Below, one piece after another: positions 13,641-25,938 of a DNA stretch of 29,692 bases. The stretch comes from Catajapyx aquilonaris. Lineage: Eukaryota. Position 1 is the first letter of the stretch, and each line of letters begins with the position of its first letter. Under the pieces are notes generated by a model. That model saw nothing but the letters and a program-made list of their open reading frames with translations. It was not told the DNA's origin and did no database searches. The stretch is taken from NCBI GenBank assembly GCA_000934665.2, contig JYFJ02001098.1:62001-91692 (forward strand), read 5' to 3'. Made by a program: the position numbers and the translations under genes.

Positions 13641-13779
13641 GTGAGTTTTTGAAACGCCTATTGCCGAGGTTTTATTTATCATGTCTGTACTGCATGATCG
13701 ATCCAGGGTATATAGAAAGAATAAGGGCAACGGTTGTGGGGGGGGACGGCTCTTTTAAAACCATTTGACATTTTCTAGG

Positions 13780-15020
13780 ATGGAAGACGAATCTGTGTTC
13801 AAGTTGCCGCGACTTACTTCATGTTGTTGCTGCTTTTCGACCCGTATTGGTTCCCTGATCTTGGGGATAATCACTCTGGTACGCTTTGCAATATTTTTGC
13901 GACGATTTTTTTTTCCCCTCCCTTGCTACTTGCATGCACTAATTAAACATTAATGCTTAGGTGGCGAGCGTGCTTGGGTTTCTGGGCGCGGTTTGTGTAC
14001 TGGCGACATGGGGTATGATTGCGAGCGAGATTCGGAAACATCCGCCTGATGAAGCTATTAAGGACGTCGAATCTTACATCAATCGTAAGTTTAAAAACTT
14101 GATTAGCACATTTTTTTTTAAAAAAAAGGTCCTGACATTTTTGAGCAGACAACCCTGATCGATTTCCTTCACAATGCGAACTACATAATGGTAGTGCAAG
14201 TGACAATGAATGGGTTGTTGGCGTGCCTAAACGGAAATTATATATTATTGAATGCTCTTTGATTCATCCTTGATATGGCGAATCTTCATCTGCAAAATTC
14301 CGACCTTTTACAATTGCTTTTTGCAGTGGTGCATGTCCTGATGATCGTCATTCTGGTGGCGTCAGTGTTCGGCATACTTACAGCATCCATGCTCATCCGG
14401 GGAGTGAAAAAGGTGAATAATGTGAACAACATAAAAAAACATGGCCCCCATTAGGCTAATGGATGCTTAATGTAGGGCACGGCCATTTTGAGTCTCGCAA
14501 ACGGCTTGTTGCCACGTGACTCAAAATGGCCGCGTCCACTCCCATTGCGATAATTTTTTAATTATTTAAAACAAGTTCAGTGTGACGTGTTATACAGTGT
14601 AATTAGTAATCCCCGCATTGTGTTAAAAGTACATCGATTACTGACGATATAAGGACCTAGTTTAGGCAATCGCTGCAGTCTTTCTCATAATGAATGTTTC
14701 AATAAAATTTCCTTTACTTTCGACACTTAATTTTTTTAAAACAAATTAAACCAAAGTTATGCTAATTTTCTGCTGATTTATTTGTGTAGGAGCATCCTGG
14801 CCTGATGCTGCCTTACATAGTGATGGGTGCAATCGACCTAATTGTTGGGGTCGTGATGAACATCTTGGCGATCGTGGGTGGAGCCACCATCATCAGCATC
14901 GTCTCCATGGTGCTTGGGACTATTATCGGCATCTACTATCTCCTGGTGGTCCATTCGCACTACCAGGAGCTAAGTGCTCGAGAAGGGAGAATAAGTGTGC
15001 CTTCAGACGGCAGGTTTTAA
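13780..15020 (+). CDS. Paralog 5: four-TM membrane protein, 179 aa; exons 13780-13878, 13961-14084, 14327-14412, 14790-15020
   Basis: MEDESVFKLPRLTSCCCCFSTRIGSLILG...SMLIRGVKK/EHPGLMLPY...HSHYQELSAREGRISVPSDGRF*. The C-tail resembles paralog 1 (EGRTSVPNDNKFI). Confidence 0.9.
14480..14532. repeat. Short inverted repeat with 15-bp arms, possible mini-MITE relic, in intron 3 of paralog 5
   Basis: CGGCCATTTTGAGTC ... GACTCAAAATGGCCG, with imperfect extension on both sides. Confidence 0.7.
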
Positions 15021-18000
15021 GAACCAAGAAAGAAAAAAATAACCACGTTTCCTTATTACACTATGCAGTATTTTTTTGGGCACATTTTTTCATATTACCC
15101 CCCCAATTTTAATCTGGTATTAGAGTATATTCCTATGCAAAGATTTACCAAGTCTTATTCCATCTCATTATAAACTACAAGCATGATAGTTTTCACGTAC
15201 AACTTTTAAAAGTCTTTGAAACTCTCGATTCAGTACAAATCCAGTATTGTTGCATGTGCATTAATTTATTTCTGTCGCGTACTCGTGTGTCCCTTACATG
15301 TTAAACAATTTGTACCTATTTTCAAATATACGATATTTGTTTTTACACGATTACTGGTGCGTGTAAATAATTATTCCTGCCATTTCCAGCAAATAATTCT
15401 GTTGGACGAATTGAAATGAGAAAGGGAATTTTTCTTTTCAATTTTCTTTTCTCGTCTTGCGATTAAGGGTTGCGTGGTCGATGATGTATTCAGAACAAGC
15501 GATTCATACTTGTTGTTCATATATAATTAATAACTTGAGCTAGATTTACTATGGATCATGCAACCCAAGCTAAATTACAGAATATTGATGGAATGGTGCA
15601 CTGGCCAGCTAAAAGTGATATCGGGTTAAGTTTAGGCTGACGGAAATGATTGTCATTAAATGTGTTCAATTTTTTTTGCATCTTCCATTATTGTGAGTGA
15701 ACCATGACCGAGTATTTTGATTGACTTTTAACTCCACTACCGCATGTTTCAGGAAGTTCCGTGAGACCACAAGAGTTTCCTACAGTTTCCAATAACATTT
15801 TGGGCTATTCGACAATTTCACGATCTATTATCGCCGAAAGTCCCCCGTAACAAGGAAACTTGTTAGAATAAATAATTCAGGTATCAAACAACGTGCATGT
15901 TACTCCCAGGGTGAAGTAGAGGAATCCGTTCCCAATGGTCATTCCCGTCAATATTAAAGTTACGTGCTGAGACTGAAAAAAATGGGAGAAAATTGGCGTA
16001 CTGTGCACATGAAATATATTATTCCGGCAGCTACGTGCAACTCCGTACAGTATAAAACTTGTATACTGTAGGCCACTGTACTGTTTGTAGAGTCATCATT
16101 GCATGTTATCCACTAGTCGGGAAATCCCATTAGAGTTTTACTATATACTGTAAAATAAGTATGAAACTGGGATTGGATAATTCATGAAGTATTTATTATT
16201 TCAGTAACTTGGATACATCAATTGAATAATTGAGTATACCTGGTTACCTTGTTCGTTGCTTGTTGAAAACTAAATACGCGCATTTTTGAATCGACGTTTG
16301 TGTATGCATTGTTATTGTTGTTGTAATTAATGTTATTATTGTGACTATATACAGAATAATCCCAACGGTTCATTTTTTTTGCCTGAGTGAAACTGCCTGA
16401 ATAGAATTCGCCGGGGTTGTATTATGTTGTCCTACTTTTTGTCCTATTTATTTCTGCTCCACACATGAATGATTAAAGTACATCAAATCTTGACGAAGTT
16501 GGGGAACTCAATCTTCCATAGATTGATCGAGCAAAACTTGACGTTTCGCGTCAAGGTTTGAATGGGCCTGAGTCGAAGTACAGTTAAGCGTGAAATGCCT
16601 GTCAATTGTATGTAATGTCGACAGATGTCACTCTGATGTTTCCGATTGAACTAATGGCTGGCTTTTTTTTTCCTTGTTAAGTTTATGCATCCTGCACGTC
16701 AGGTGATCCACGTGGCACCGAAGATTGTCGGGTTGCATAAATTGCAGGATGGCATTTTTTACTCGCGACGAATGTACTGTACACGTAACATCCTCTTCGT
16801 AACGAAGCAGAATCGACATCAACAAAGAAAGCTCTCTTGGAATTCCTTGACGCTCACTCTCCTGTACTTGTTATTTGCTCGTAAAAGTTTGTAAATACTC
16901 GCGGTTTTCTGTACGAACAAACAAGTTAAAGTTCCATATCCGAGCGGCAAAGACATTAAGCCCAAGGTTCACATTACGGCAAACAATGGTGACACTTGAG
17001 GAGGTCCCCTGACCACAACTCCCAACTCCCAAGAAAAAAGGTCTGAACTAAATGAATAGCTACATTATTTACCGGTTAGTTATACCTATGTATATGATAT
17101 ACATGCATTTTATGCCATTCCTCAAAGAACATTAACTTATTTAGGTTCGGCTAAGGCGCATACCAACGGCTGTGTTTGTGAATATCATGCACACTACGAG
17201 TCGGTACCCTCGTCATCGTGTCACGGCCCATGGTAAAGCTGCAGAGCTGGAAGCTATAAATTAACATGCGTATGACATTTACAACTTTGCTTTACAGGTT
17301 TATTTCCTACTTATGGTACTGCCATTTTGAATATTCCACTTCTGATGGGCTATCGCGGAAAAAAACGATTCCAATAATAGGTTTACAGCACATGTGTTGA
17401 TCGCTGATGCTGAACATCTCGAGGACAACCTGTCTCTAAGCACATCGCAGTTGGATTGTACGGAATATCCTCCATACAGTGTGTTACTCTGACATGTTCC
17501 TGTAGTAAACCAGCAATTACTTGTTTGTTATCAAGCCTGATAATATTTTTAACAATAAATCATGCAGTGGATATTTCATCCAGCAGGTTGTGTTTCAGAC
17601 GTGCAGTTTCTACTGCACAGTTTATAATTACGGTGCGACTACATGAAGGTGTCGGTAATACACACCCTGCAATGTCCCATGCCCCCCAATCTCATTATTA
17701 TAATTGACTATTACTCCAAAGCACACCGGCTCACTAGACAGGCAACAACTCACTGAATAAAACATTCTTTTTCTGACCTATAAGTGACCTTCTTCCAAAC
17801 CACGTTTGAACATTTTTTGAAATTCCGCAAAAAAATTCCGCCTTTTCGCTAATAAGTGAATTGGTAATAATTGGCACTTAGTTTCTGCAACAAGCAAACT
17901 TAACTACTTCCGATAGGCGTATCAAACCCATACTTGCAGCAGAATGTTCAGGTGGCCATTACCGATAAATAATTTTGGCTCTCATCCTGTCCATTAGCTA

Positions 18001-18856
18001 AAATAAGCATGCGGTGTCAACACTGGAAATTCCTCAGGAGACGTGTCATACATACACAATAATACGGTAGTGTATCATCTCTTGCGAAATCTTATCGATT
18101 GGGGGTTCGGAAGTGGTTAAAATTCCCAAGCTTCCGTTCAACAAAAAAAAATCGCGATAACTCGACCGGCCGGTGTAGTTTGACGCACAAACGGCGGGAA
18201 ACATTTGCGCCTTGAACCTGATTTTTTATTCTAAATAGTGATGAAATATTCCAATACCTTACACACTTTAAAAATGGTTACGAACGTAAACTCACTATAT
18301 TGACTCTTAATGGCTTTCCTTACACCCTTTATAGAATTTACCGATATATTCGAGTTAGTCTGATAATATTACACACTTATCGCGTTAAATCCGATCTTCG
18401 TGGCTCTCTTCACGTTACAACGCAATCTAATTAATTCGTTTTGCACATTTACAACGCTGTCATTCTGTGCAACTTCTTGTTGGCTTCTTTGTTATAAGCC
18501 AGACGCGACATAAAGGTCAATTCGTCATCATCCATTACTTTGTTGCAAGTCATCACAGCATAGCTCTTCTTTTGCAGACTTGAACTCCTCAGTTGTTATG
18601 CGTGAGAAAAGTAATGTTAAGTACTACCTGTACACTGTACTCGAGTGAACGTTCCTAATTAACTGATTCAAGTTCCAGTGTGGTTTAACTTAGTTTAAGA
18701 AATAATATTAGATTAAGCCTGATTTTGGCAGTGAATCACTACACAATATTTTCATACAACTTGACCTGAGCTCCATGTCGTTAATGTCCAATTAACAAAT
18801 TTATTGATTGCAAATTTGCTAATAATTAGAAGATTTCAACGGGAAGGAGAACATGA

Positions 18857-19000
18857 CGCAGGCGCAGTTGGGCGGGACTTGATGTGGTGACGGAAGATGG
18901 GGGCTGAGGAGAAGGGGGTTGTTGGCGTCGTTTCATTCCAGAACCTGGTCGGAGTTGGAAGTGAAGTGACGGACATTTGACAAGCGGTTTCCTATAATAG
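18857..19000 (+). promoter_or_regulatory. Putative promoter and non-coding first exon of paralog 6
   Basis: CGCAGGCGCA plus GGGCGGGA in a G-rich island; donor TAG|GTAACT at 19001; acceptor TTCCAG ending at 19952. Confidence 0.4.
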
Positions 19001-19826
19001 GTAACTACAGAGGGGACTCGTTAGTTGGGATAGTGTGACGATGGGTTATTAATTAATGAGTTACCTGCACGCGAACAAAAGCTGCGGGCTCCCAACAATC
19101 CTGATGTCACAATTGTTACTAATGAAACTTTTTTTATCTGAAGGTCAAGTGCATTTGACGGTTCGTCAAATCGAAATTCTGGTAGGATTGAGTCACGGTT
19201 GTGCTAACCATAAATTAGGATAAAATCTGTAATTAGGGACACGCTGCATAAAAGCAAATTGGCGAATATTGTGCAAAATCCGTGACTTCCGTTAATTTGC
19301 GACCGTACAACCTAAGCGGAATCATGTTACTTCACAGCGTATTGATAAGTCTCGTTGTGTGAACCTTGAGAAATAGTGTAACTGCCGGGTCCCACGTGCG
19401 TTGGATTAGGTACTGCACCTATACTACATTATTACTATTGCGAGCTAAATTGGTCTCCCGATGCTTTCGTGCCTGCACTACCTGAAGTTCAAAAGGGCAT
19501 CCGCGAAAATGCCCAAAATATCGGCCCAGTGTATTATACTGCCCTCTGATATTTAAGCTGACAGTGAGACCAAAACACGACCATACGTGTTTCCGGTTAT
19601 GGTCTAACCTTAGTGATAGTAACAAGGGCAATCAATATTGAATCAGAAAAATTGGTTGATTTTCGTACACTATAAAATGGGCCAGCGTAACCAACGGTGG
19701 TACTTACAGTATTTTGAGATTGCTGATTGTAGTTGTGTCCGCCTTATCACGATTTCTATATTTGCGACCAAGTGATTTACGCCGGATGTGAGATAATTAC
19801 CAGTTAACGTTAACGGTCATCTCAAG

Positions 19827-19860
19827 TCTCAGGTTTCGTCTAGCTAGACGAAACCTGAGA
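19827..19860. repeat. Perfect 34-bp palindrome
   Basis: TCTCAGGTTTCGTCTAG|CTAGACGAAACCTGAGA with no spacer. Confidence 0.95.
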
Positions 19861-19973
19861 GCTTCTAGATGGAAATAATATTTACACAAGCATAGCACAA
19901 AATGTGGTAGGTTTTTGCGTCAGCAAGCTGTCCTATAATCTCTAAATTCCAGGAAAGACAACGAACCAACACA

Positions 19974-20782
19974 ATGCCTGTCCTCAACACGTGTTGCTTC
20001 TGCTGCACTACCCGCACCGGTACCCTCATTCTCGGGATTCTTAACTTGGTAAGATAAGTCAATGTAATTGTTGTGTATATGACGCTAATTTTTCTGGTCC
20101 ATATATAGATTGGTTCCGTGTTTGGATTACTTGGTTGCATTATTGTTCTGGCGTCATGGGATGGCATCACCAAGGATTGGAGGAAGGAAGCAGCTGCTCA
20201 AGGAGTCAACATTGAAGAGACTATTACGTGTAAGTGCTATTGCGGTTCATAAAACGTGGATATCTGGTGGTGTTAGGAAAACACAATAAGTTATACAAAG
20301 GAACTTGATAGCAACTTGCAGGATTAATGAAGGCTAATTTATTATTTCCATTATCAGTTCTGCTTGTTACCTTCATAATCATGATGATCTTGTGCCTGTT
20401 CTTCATCGCCGTGGCATCCATGCTCATACATGGAGTCCGAGAGGTTAGTCCATTTCACACTAAATTAGCCACGAAAGTATATCGATGCTTTTGATACGAA
20501 ATGTGGATTTAACCAGCATAATTATGATGATTACAAATTTTTCAGATGCGTCCCGGATTTATGATGCCTTACTTGGTGGTGACCGTGATCGGTTTGGTCC
20601 TGGGCACGATCTTGAACATCGCGACATTGGCAACCGGAGGATCAGTACTGGCAGGATTGATGGGTCTCATTGTTGGAAACGCCATCGGCATTTACTTCTT
20701 CCTGGTGATCTACTCGTACTACCAGGAGTTGCGGGAAGGAGGCGGAACAGCCGCTGTCCCGCCTAACAGCGCCAAGTTCTAA
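19974..20782 (+). CDS. Paralog 6: four-TM membrane protein, 172 aa; exons 19974-20048, 20109-20229, 20358-20443, 20546-20782
   Basis: MPVLNTCCFCCTTRTGTLILG...SMLIHGVRE/MRPGFMMPY...YSYYQELREGGGTAAVPPNSAKF*; AATAAA at 21077. Confidence 0.9.
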
Positions 20783-22499
20783 ACGCGTGCCTTTTTGTGT
20801 GCCATTATACATGCCATGTTGTGTTTCTTCCAGGTGTCATTGTACGTAACTTTAGAATATGGTTGGTGCAATTGCTCAGGCCCAAGATTTGTATACTCGA
20901 TCAACCATGTTTCTTCACTTGGAAACTGGTTGCTGGAGTAATAGATCTGTCAAGGCTTCCCGTAACACACAAGCTCGGCCTGTGCACATTGCACCAACCT
21001 GCGTATGTGTTGCCAATTTTTCTTGCCATTATTTTGATAATAGCAGAAAAAAAGTATCCAGTGTGCTTCAGATAAAAATAAACATTGTTGGTATTCAGAT
21101 CGTAAGTCGTTGCCGGATATAGATTGACGTACTGTTTCCAGTAAGCTGCATTTGCCACATGCACGCTCACAGTACAAGAAAATGTTATAGATCATGCAAG
21201 GGAATACGGTAATGACTGACGTTAATATTCCATAATATTATTATTGCTGGAAGAGTTGACTGGGAATGATTTGAATTCATGATTTTTGTTAATGTGTCGG
21301 TTCCAAAAGTGATGTAAAGTGAATTGTTTTGCTCTCATACAAGTAGTTTATTGTTGCATTGAGCGTACGTGGAGTAACAAGAGAGACGATTGAGACGCGA
21401 GCAATAATGACACAGGCTGTACTTGTAATAGCATTAGTGTAAAATAAAGCAAATATGGTCGAATTGGAGAATGTGTTACCATTTAATAACAAATATTTTG
21501 TTTCGTAGCCTACTGACTTGTCATTATTGAAAATCATTAATTCAATTCATTTCTAAGCAACTCCTCAACATGTTCCTTAAAATGTGTTTTGTAACTCTTT
21601 ATAATGCCTTATCATTAAAGTTTCTCTATAGTATTATCCAGAGTCATTTATATGAACAGCAACTTACCCACATGTGATTTATGTCCAAAAGGCTGTATTC
21701 AAGACTGTATCGGACCAATAATTAAAAACTTTGTATATCCAAGTTGTTGGTTTCATTTTTTTGAAGGAAAAAGCTAGGTCAAACTCAAAAGCTGCACCTA
21801 AATAAAACTGTCACTTGCAGTTTGGATATTGAACTATCATGATGACGCAATTGGGAACCATATTATTTTAAAACATTGTTAATCTTAATGATTATGCCTG
21901 GGTGTTGTAAAGTTGAAACACTGATTGATCACATAGTACAGTACATACCTAAGCAATCTGATCTCTAAAATTATATTGCACCATTTTCTGCTTAAAGTAG
22001 AGCAACCTTGCGAGAATAGTGTGTAAGAGCAGATGTGGTAGACTGTAGAGAGCATACACTCCAGGGCAATATTGCATTGTACGGGAACATTTATTACCTG
22101 ATGATCAGCGAAGAGAAGAGGACGGGGGCCGTGTTTCTCTATTGAAGATGACACGTCGAACCTGGGGGATGATTAAGAATTATTTAATATAGGGTAATTA
22201 TAAGAGTGTGATGAAATACGTGCAACAAAACGATGAGATGGATGTAATGAATACATAAAGAGTACACAGAATAAATATTAACGCTGCAGGGAGCCCATCA
22301 TCTCCTGACCATGTCACCCAGGGGTGCTTTGTAGTTTGTTGAGGGGCCCATCACCCGGACGACGGAGTATCACAAGGGTGTTTGGAACAGAACGCTATTA
22401 CACCCAACCAGACGAACTGCCAGTCTTGGAATCACTGCCTTAAACATCGTGATAACATCTGTATATTCCAAACTGGCGACTCCTACACACCAATTCACA

Positions 22500-23263
22500 A
22501 TGTTTGACGGTGACAACACGTCTGACACGTGTTGCTTCTGCTGCAGTACCCGCACAGGTACCCTTATTATCGGGATAATGTGCTTGGTAAGACAGTATGT
22601 CAGAGTAATTGACCTGCACTTGTACAAGCCATTTTTTACGCCCTTTCGTTCATAGGTGGTTGCCCTGTCCGGATTAATTGGGTACGTCATTCTTCTGGTG
22701 ACAGGAGACGAGTCCGTCAAGATCTACATCGAGTCTATTTATGGCGAAGATGTTTTAGAGTCTTATGCGCGTAAGTGTGCACCGCGTGTATTTTATCTTC
22801 CATAATCTCTGTTCTCGAAGACGTATGCTTCATGAGGCAGGTCCAGGCAAGAAAAGAAGTTTCATGTGTTCTTTTTCCAGTCCTGGACGAGTCTGACGTC
22901 CAGATCGAGTGTTTTATACTCATTTAGGTGCCCATTATTTCAGATTAATTACATTACTCAGGCACAGTCATTTTTGTACATAAAAATGCTACAAGTAGGT
23001 TTATTTCCCGACAATAAATTTTAATGACGCCTAACTTATTATTTTCATTACAGTCAGACCTCTTATCACAATAATTGCACTGATCATGGGTCTTCTCTTT
23101 GTCGTCGTGTCATCTATGCTCATACACGCAGTCCGAAAGGTCAGTTCATTTCACTCGTACTTGTAATAATTGATATGACCTTACCAGACTTGCCCGTTAT
23201 TATGCCAGCCCCAGACATTTTGCTATGGGGATTACAATTGCACTGCTCTGCAAGGATGTGGAT

Positions 23264-23353
<90 letters not shown>

Positions 23354-23742
23354 TAATTCCGCAGATGAGGCCTGGAAGGATGGTGCCATTCATGGCGTTC
23401 ATCGTGGCAAACCTAATCATTGGCTCGATTACCACCTTCTTGAGCATAGTCAATGGCACAGTAACTTACGCAGCATTGCTATTTGTGGTCGTGATAGATG
23501 CCATCGGGAGTTACTGCGTCCTGGTGATGTGCTCATACTACCGGGAGTTGAAATATGGCTTCGACGGAACAGCCGAAACAGGGCACGACGAAAATGGATA
23601 CGAAAGACTCATCGGAACAGAATACGGAAAAGTTGACGAGAGAGTCGGAACAGAAGACGGAACACGATCAGAAACAGTCGGAACAGAAGACAGAACACCA
23701 TCAGGAACAGTCGGAACAGCAGTTGTCCCGTCTAAAAGTTAA
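22500..23742 (+). CDS. Paralog 7: four-TM membrane protein with extended acidic repeat tail, 221 aa; exons 22500-22586, 22656-22770, 23054-23139, 23365-23742
   Basis: MFDGDNTSDTCCFCCSTRTGTLIIG...SMLIHAVRK/MRPGRMVPF...SYYREL...VVPSKS*; AATAAA at 23973. Confidence 0.87.
23264..23350. repeat. Compound microsatellite (TAC)17(TAA)12 in intron 3 of paralog 7
   Basis: Read directly; ends 14 nt before exon 4. Confidence 0.95.
23611..23719 (+). repeat. Coding minisatellite, 33-nt (11-aa) period, about 3.3 copies
   Basis: Units begin (A/G)TCGGAACAG at 23611, 23644, 23677 and 23710, encoding IGTEYGKVDER/VGTEDGTRSET/VGTEDRTPSGT/VGT. Confidence 0.85.
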
Positions 23743-24144
23743 AAGTTCTGAAGGTTCCTTATGCGTCATTATCCGTGCCATGCTGTCTCTTCCAGATGTT
23801 ACTGTAGGCTCCTGAATATGAGCAGCATGGGTCAACTGCCCATGCCCAAGATTTGTTGCAAATGATATGTAACGTCGCCTCCTAACACCAAGTCTGTGTC
23901 TGCATATTGGTCAAGATATTGGTCGACTACTTGCCCATTTGGTATTAGCAAAAAAAAAACAAGTATGATTCAAATAAAATTAACCAGTGTTGTCATCAAG
24001 ATCGTTAGTCGGTTCTGGATGTATAATTGCCATACTGGTTTCAATGTCAGCATTGCCATATGCAGGTCAACATGTTCGACCAGAAGAAAGAGGCTTGGAT
24101 GCTACGTAATAATAACAACACGATATTTGTCCATAAAAATTCAT

Positions 24145-24810
24145 CGCTATTTCCAAGTTCCTTAGGTCACTCGTAACTCATAATGACCATTCACTTCGTC
24201 TGAAATATGCTCTTGACCTTGGGGCAGCCAATAAAACCAAAATATCCAAAATACATTTCCGAATCAAGTGGGCTGAAATCACACTCCACTATAGAAATAT
24301 TGTTATGTCCACATTTTGAAGAAAATGAGTTATATCCTTCACTGGGTAGCTCAGTCCACCATAGAAGAATGGTATTTGGACCAAAATTGGCGACGTAGTG
24401 TTAAAATTTCCATCAATATTGTGATAGCTTTTATCTTACAAAATGTGATCTTCTTTTGGTTCTCCTGTAAAATTACCTTTTTGTGACGTACAATACTCCT
24501 ACTGGTGGAGTGCGAAATGCTGTTAGACCATATCGGATTTTGCTGATAAAAATCACAGGTGTAGTACACACACCTATGCCATAACGTCAGATATCAAATT
24601 AAATCCATATTGCTCAATACCGTGGGGAGGGGGAAAATCGCGAGAAAATGAGGCCTTTTTTGGATATTTTCTTCGGTTAGTGAAAATTCCCAAAACCCAA
24701 TCAACAAAATGTACGGTACACTATCAAATAAAAGAGAATGACGAGGAAAATCCGACTAGGGAATTAGTTTTACTCAAAAATGTAACGAGAAAAACGTGTC
24801 TGAAAAAAAT
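24145..24810. mobile_element. Candidate insertion of about 0.67 kb in the 3' flank of paralog 7 (boundaries approximate)
   Basis: Interrupts a block that is contiguous downstream of paralogs 6 and 8; homology resumes at TTGACTGGGAATGATTTGAATT near 24821. No TIR or TSD identified. Confidence 0.3.
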
Positions 24811-25207
24811 CTGCAAGAATTGACTGGGAATGATTTGAATTAATACATTTTCAACAGCATATTAGTCCAAAAGCGATGTAAGGTGAGTTGTTTCTGTAGC
24901 TCTCTCAAGAGTATAGTGTTGTGTTGCGCTGACAGAGTTGGTGCAGTAACAAAGACGCGAACGAAACGATGTCACTGGGACATAGCACAACTTTTAATTG
25001 ACGCTATTGGCTCATTTAAGGATACCTGTGCTTTGTTGAGGGCTCCATCACCCAGGCGACGGAGTATCACCAGTGTATTTGGAACAAATGTTATTATTTA
25101 CACCACCGTGCACCATCAGGACAAACTGGCTCGGAATCACTGACTAAACATCGTGATAACATCATCTGTATATTCCAGACTGTCAGACTGCTATACACAC
25201 CAACACA

Positions 25208-25855
25208 ATGATTGTCATGGACAATTGTTGCTTCTGCTGCAGTACCGGCACCGCTACCCTTATTATGGGAATAATTCTCTTGGTAAGATGTGTCCGTGTG
25301 ATTGATATGCACTCGTAAGCCGATTCTCTATCTTTCATTCACAGCTGATTGGCGTGCTCGGAACACTTTCGTTAAGCTTGATTCTGCTGGGAGAGCGGCT
25401 CATGGTCCAGCGCTTGATCAAGAGTGTTAATGACCCAGTGGACGGCCCACTAGTTGTCGAAAACCTCACTGCAAGGCATTATTCGTGTAAGCGTGCATCA
25501 CTTCTATTTGTCTTTCATTGCCTAAATAATGCACCCTGATGATCTCTAAGACGTCTGCATCATGTGTGGCAAAACACTAGTTCCATGTGATGGTTTTCCA
25601 GGCCTGGAACGAGTCTGAGGCGGTCTGGTGTGTTTAATACCAATTTAGGTGTCCATTATGTCAGATTAATTGCGCTACTATAATGAACAGCCATTATTGA
25701 TTTTAAAAACTTCCCAATCATGACTTCCTGAATTAATTACTTCCAATTAATTATTTTCATTACAGATGTCAAAGCCGGTTTCGCAATTGCGCTGATCATC
25801 TTTTTTTTCTTCGCAGTCTTGTCATCCTTTCTCATATACGGAGTCGCAAAGGTCA

Positions 25856-25938
<83 letters not shown>

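Noticed and set aside
13445..13768. 107-aa ORF upstream of paralog 5
   Set aside because: It spans the poly-G tract, the putative promoter and the leader intron, and splicing does not join it in frame to the main CDS.
16046..16070. 9-bp-arm hairpin TACAGTATA...TATACTGTA
   Set aside because: Short and AT-rich, and TACAGTA/TACTGTA words recur throughout the window.
15100..18800. Long spacer suspected to hold transposon remnants or a hidden paralog
   Set aside because: No terminal repeats, transposase motifs or family exon signatures could be identified by eye.
19865..22720. Minus-strand ORFs overlapping the genes (e.g. 19865-20173, 22370-22720)
   Set aside because: Antisense shadows of + strand exons with no independent support.
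23141..23636. Long ORFs with poly-T/N, poly-L/V and poly-I/S tracts
   Set aside because: Artefacts of the intronic (TAC)n(TAA)n microsatellite read in stop-free frames.
23611..23719. Regularly spaced GTCGGAACAG repeats resembling a CRISPR array
   Set aside because: The units are in-frame coding minisatellite with related rather than unique spacers, in a eukaryotic context with no cas genes.
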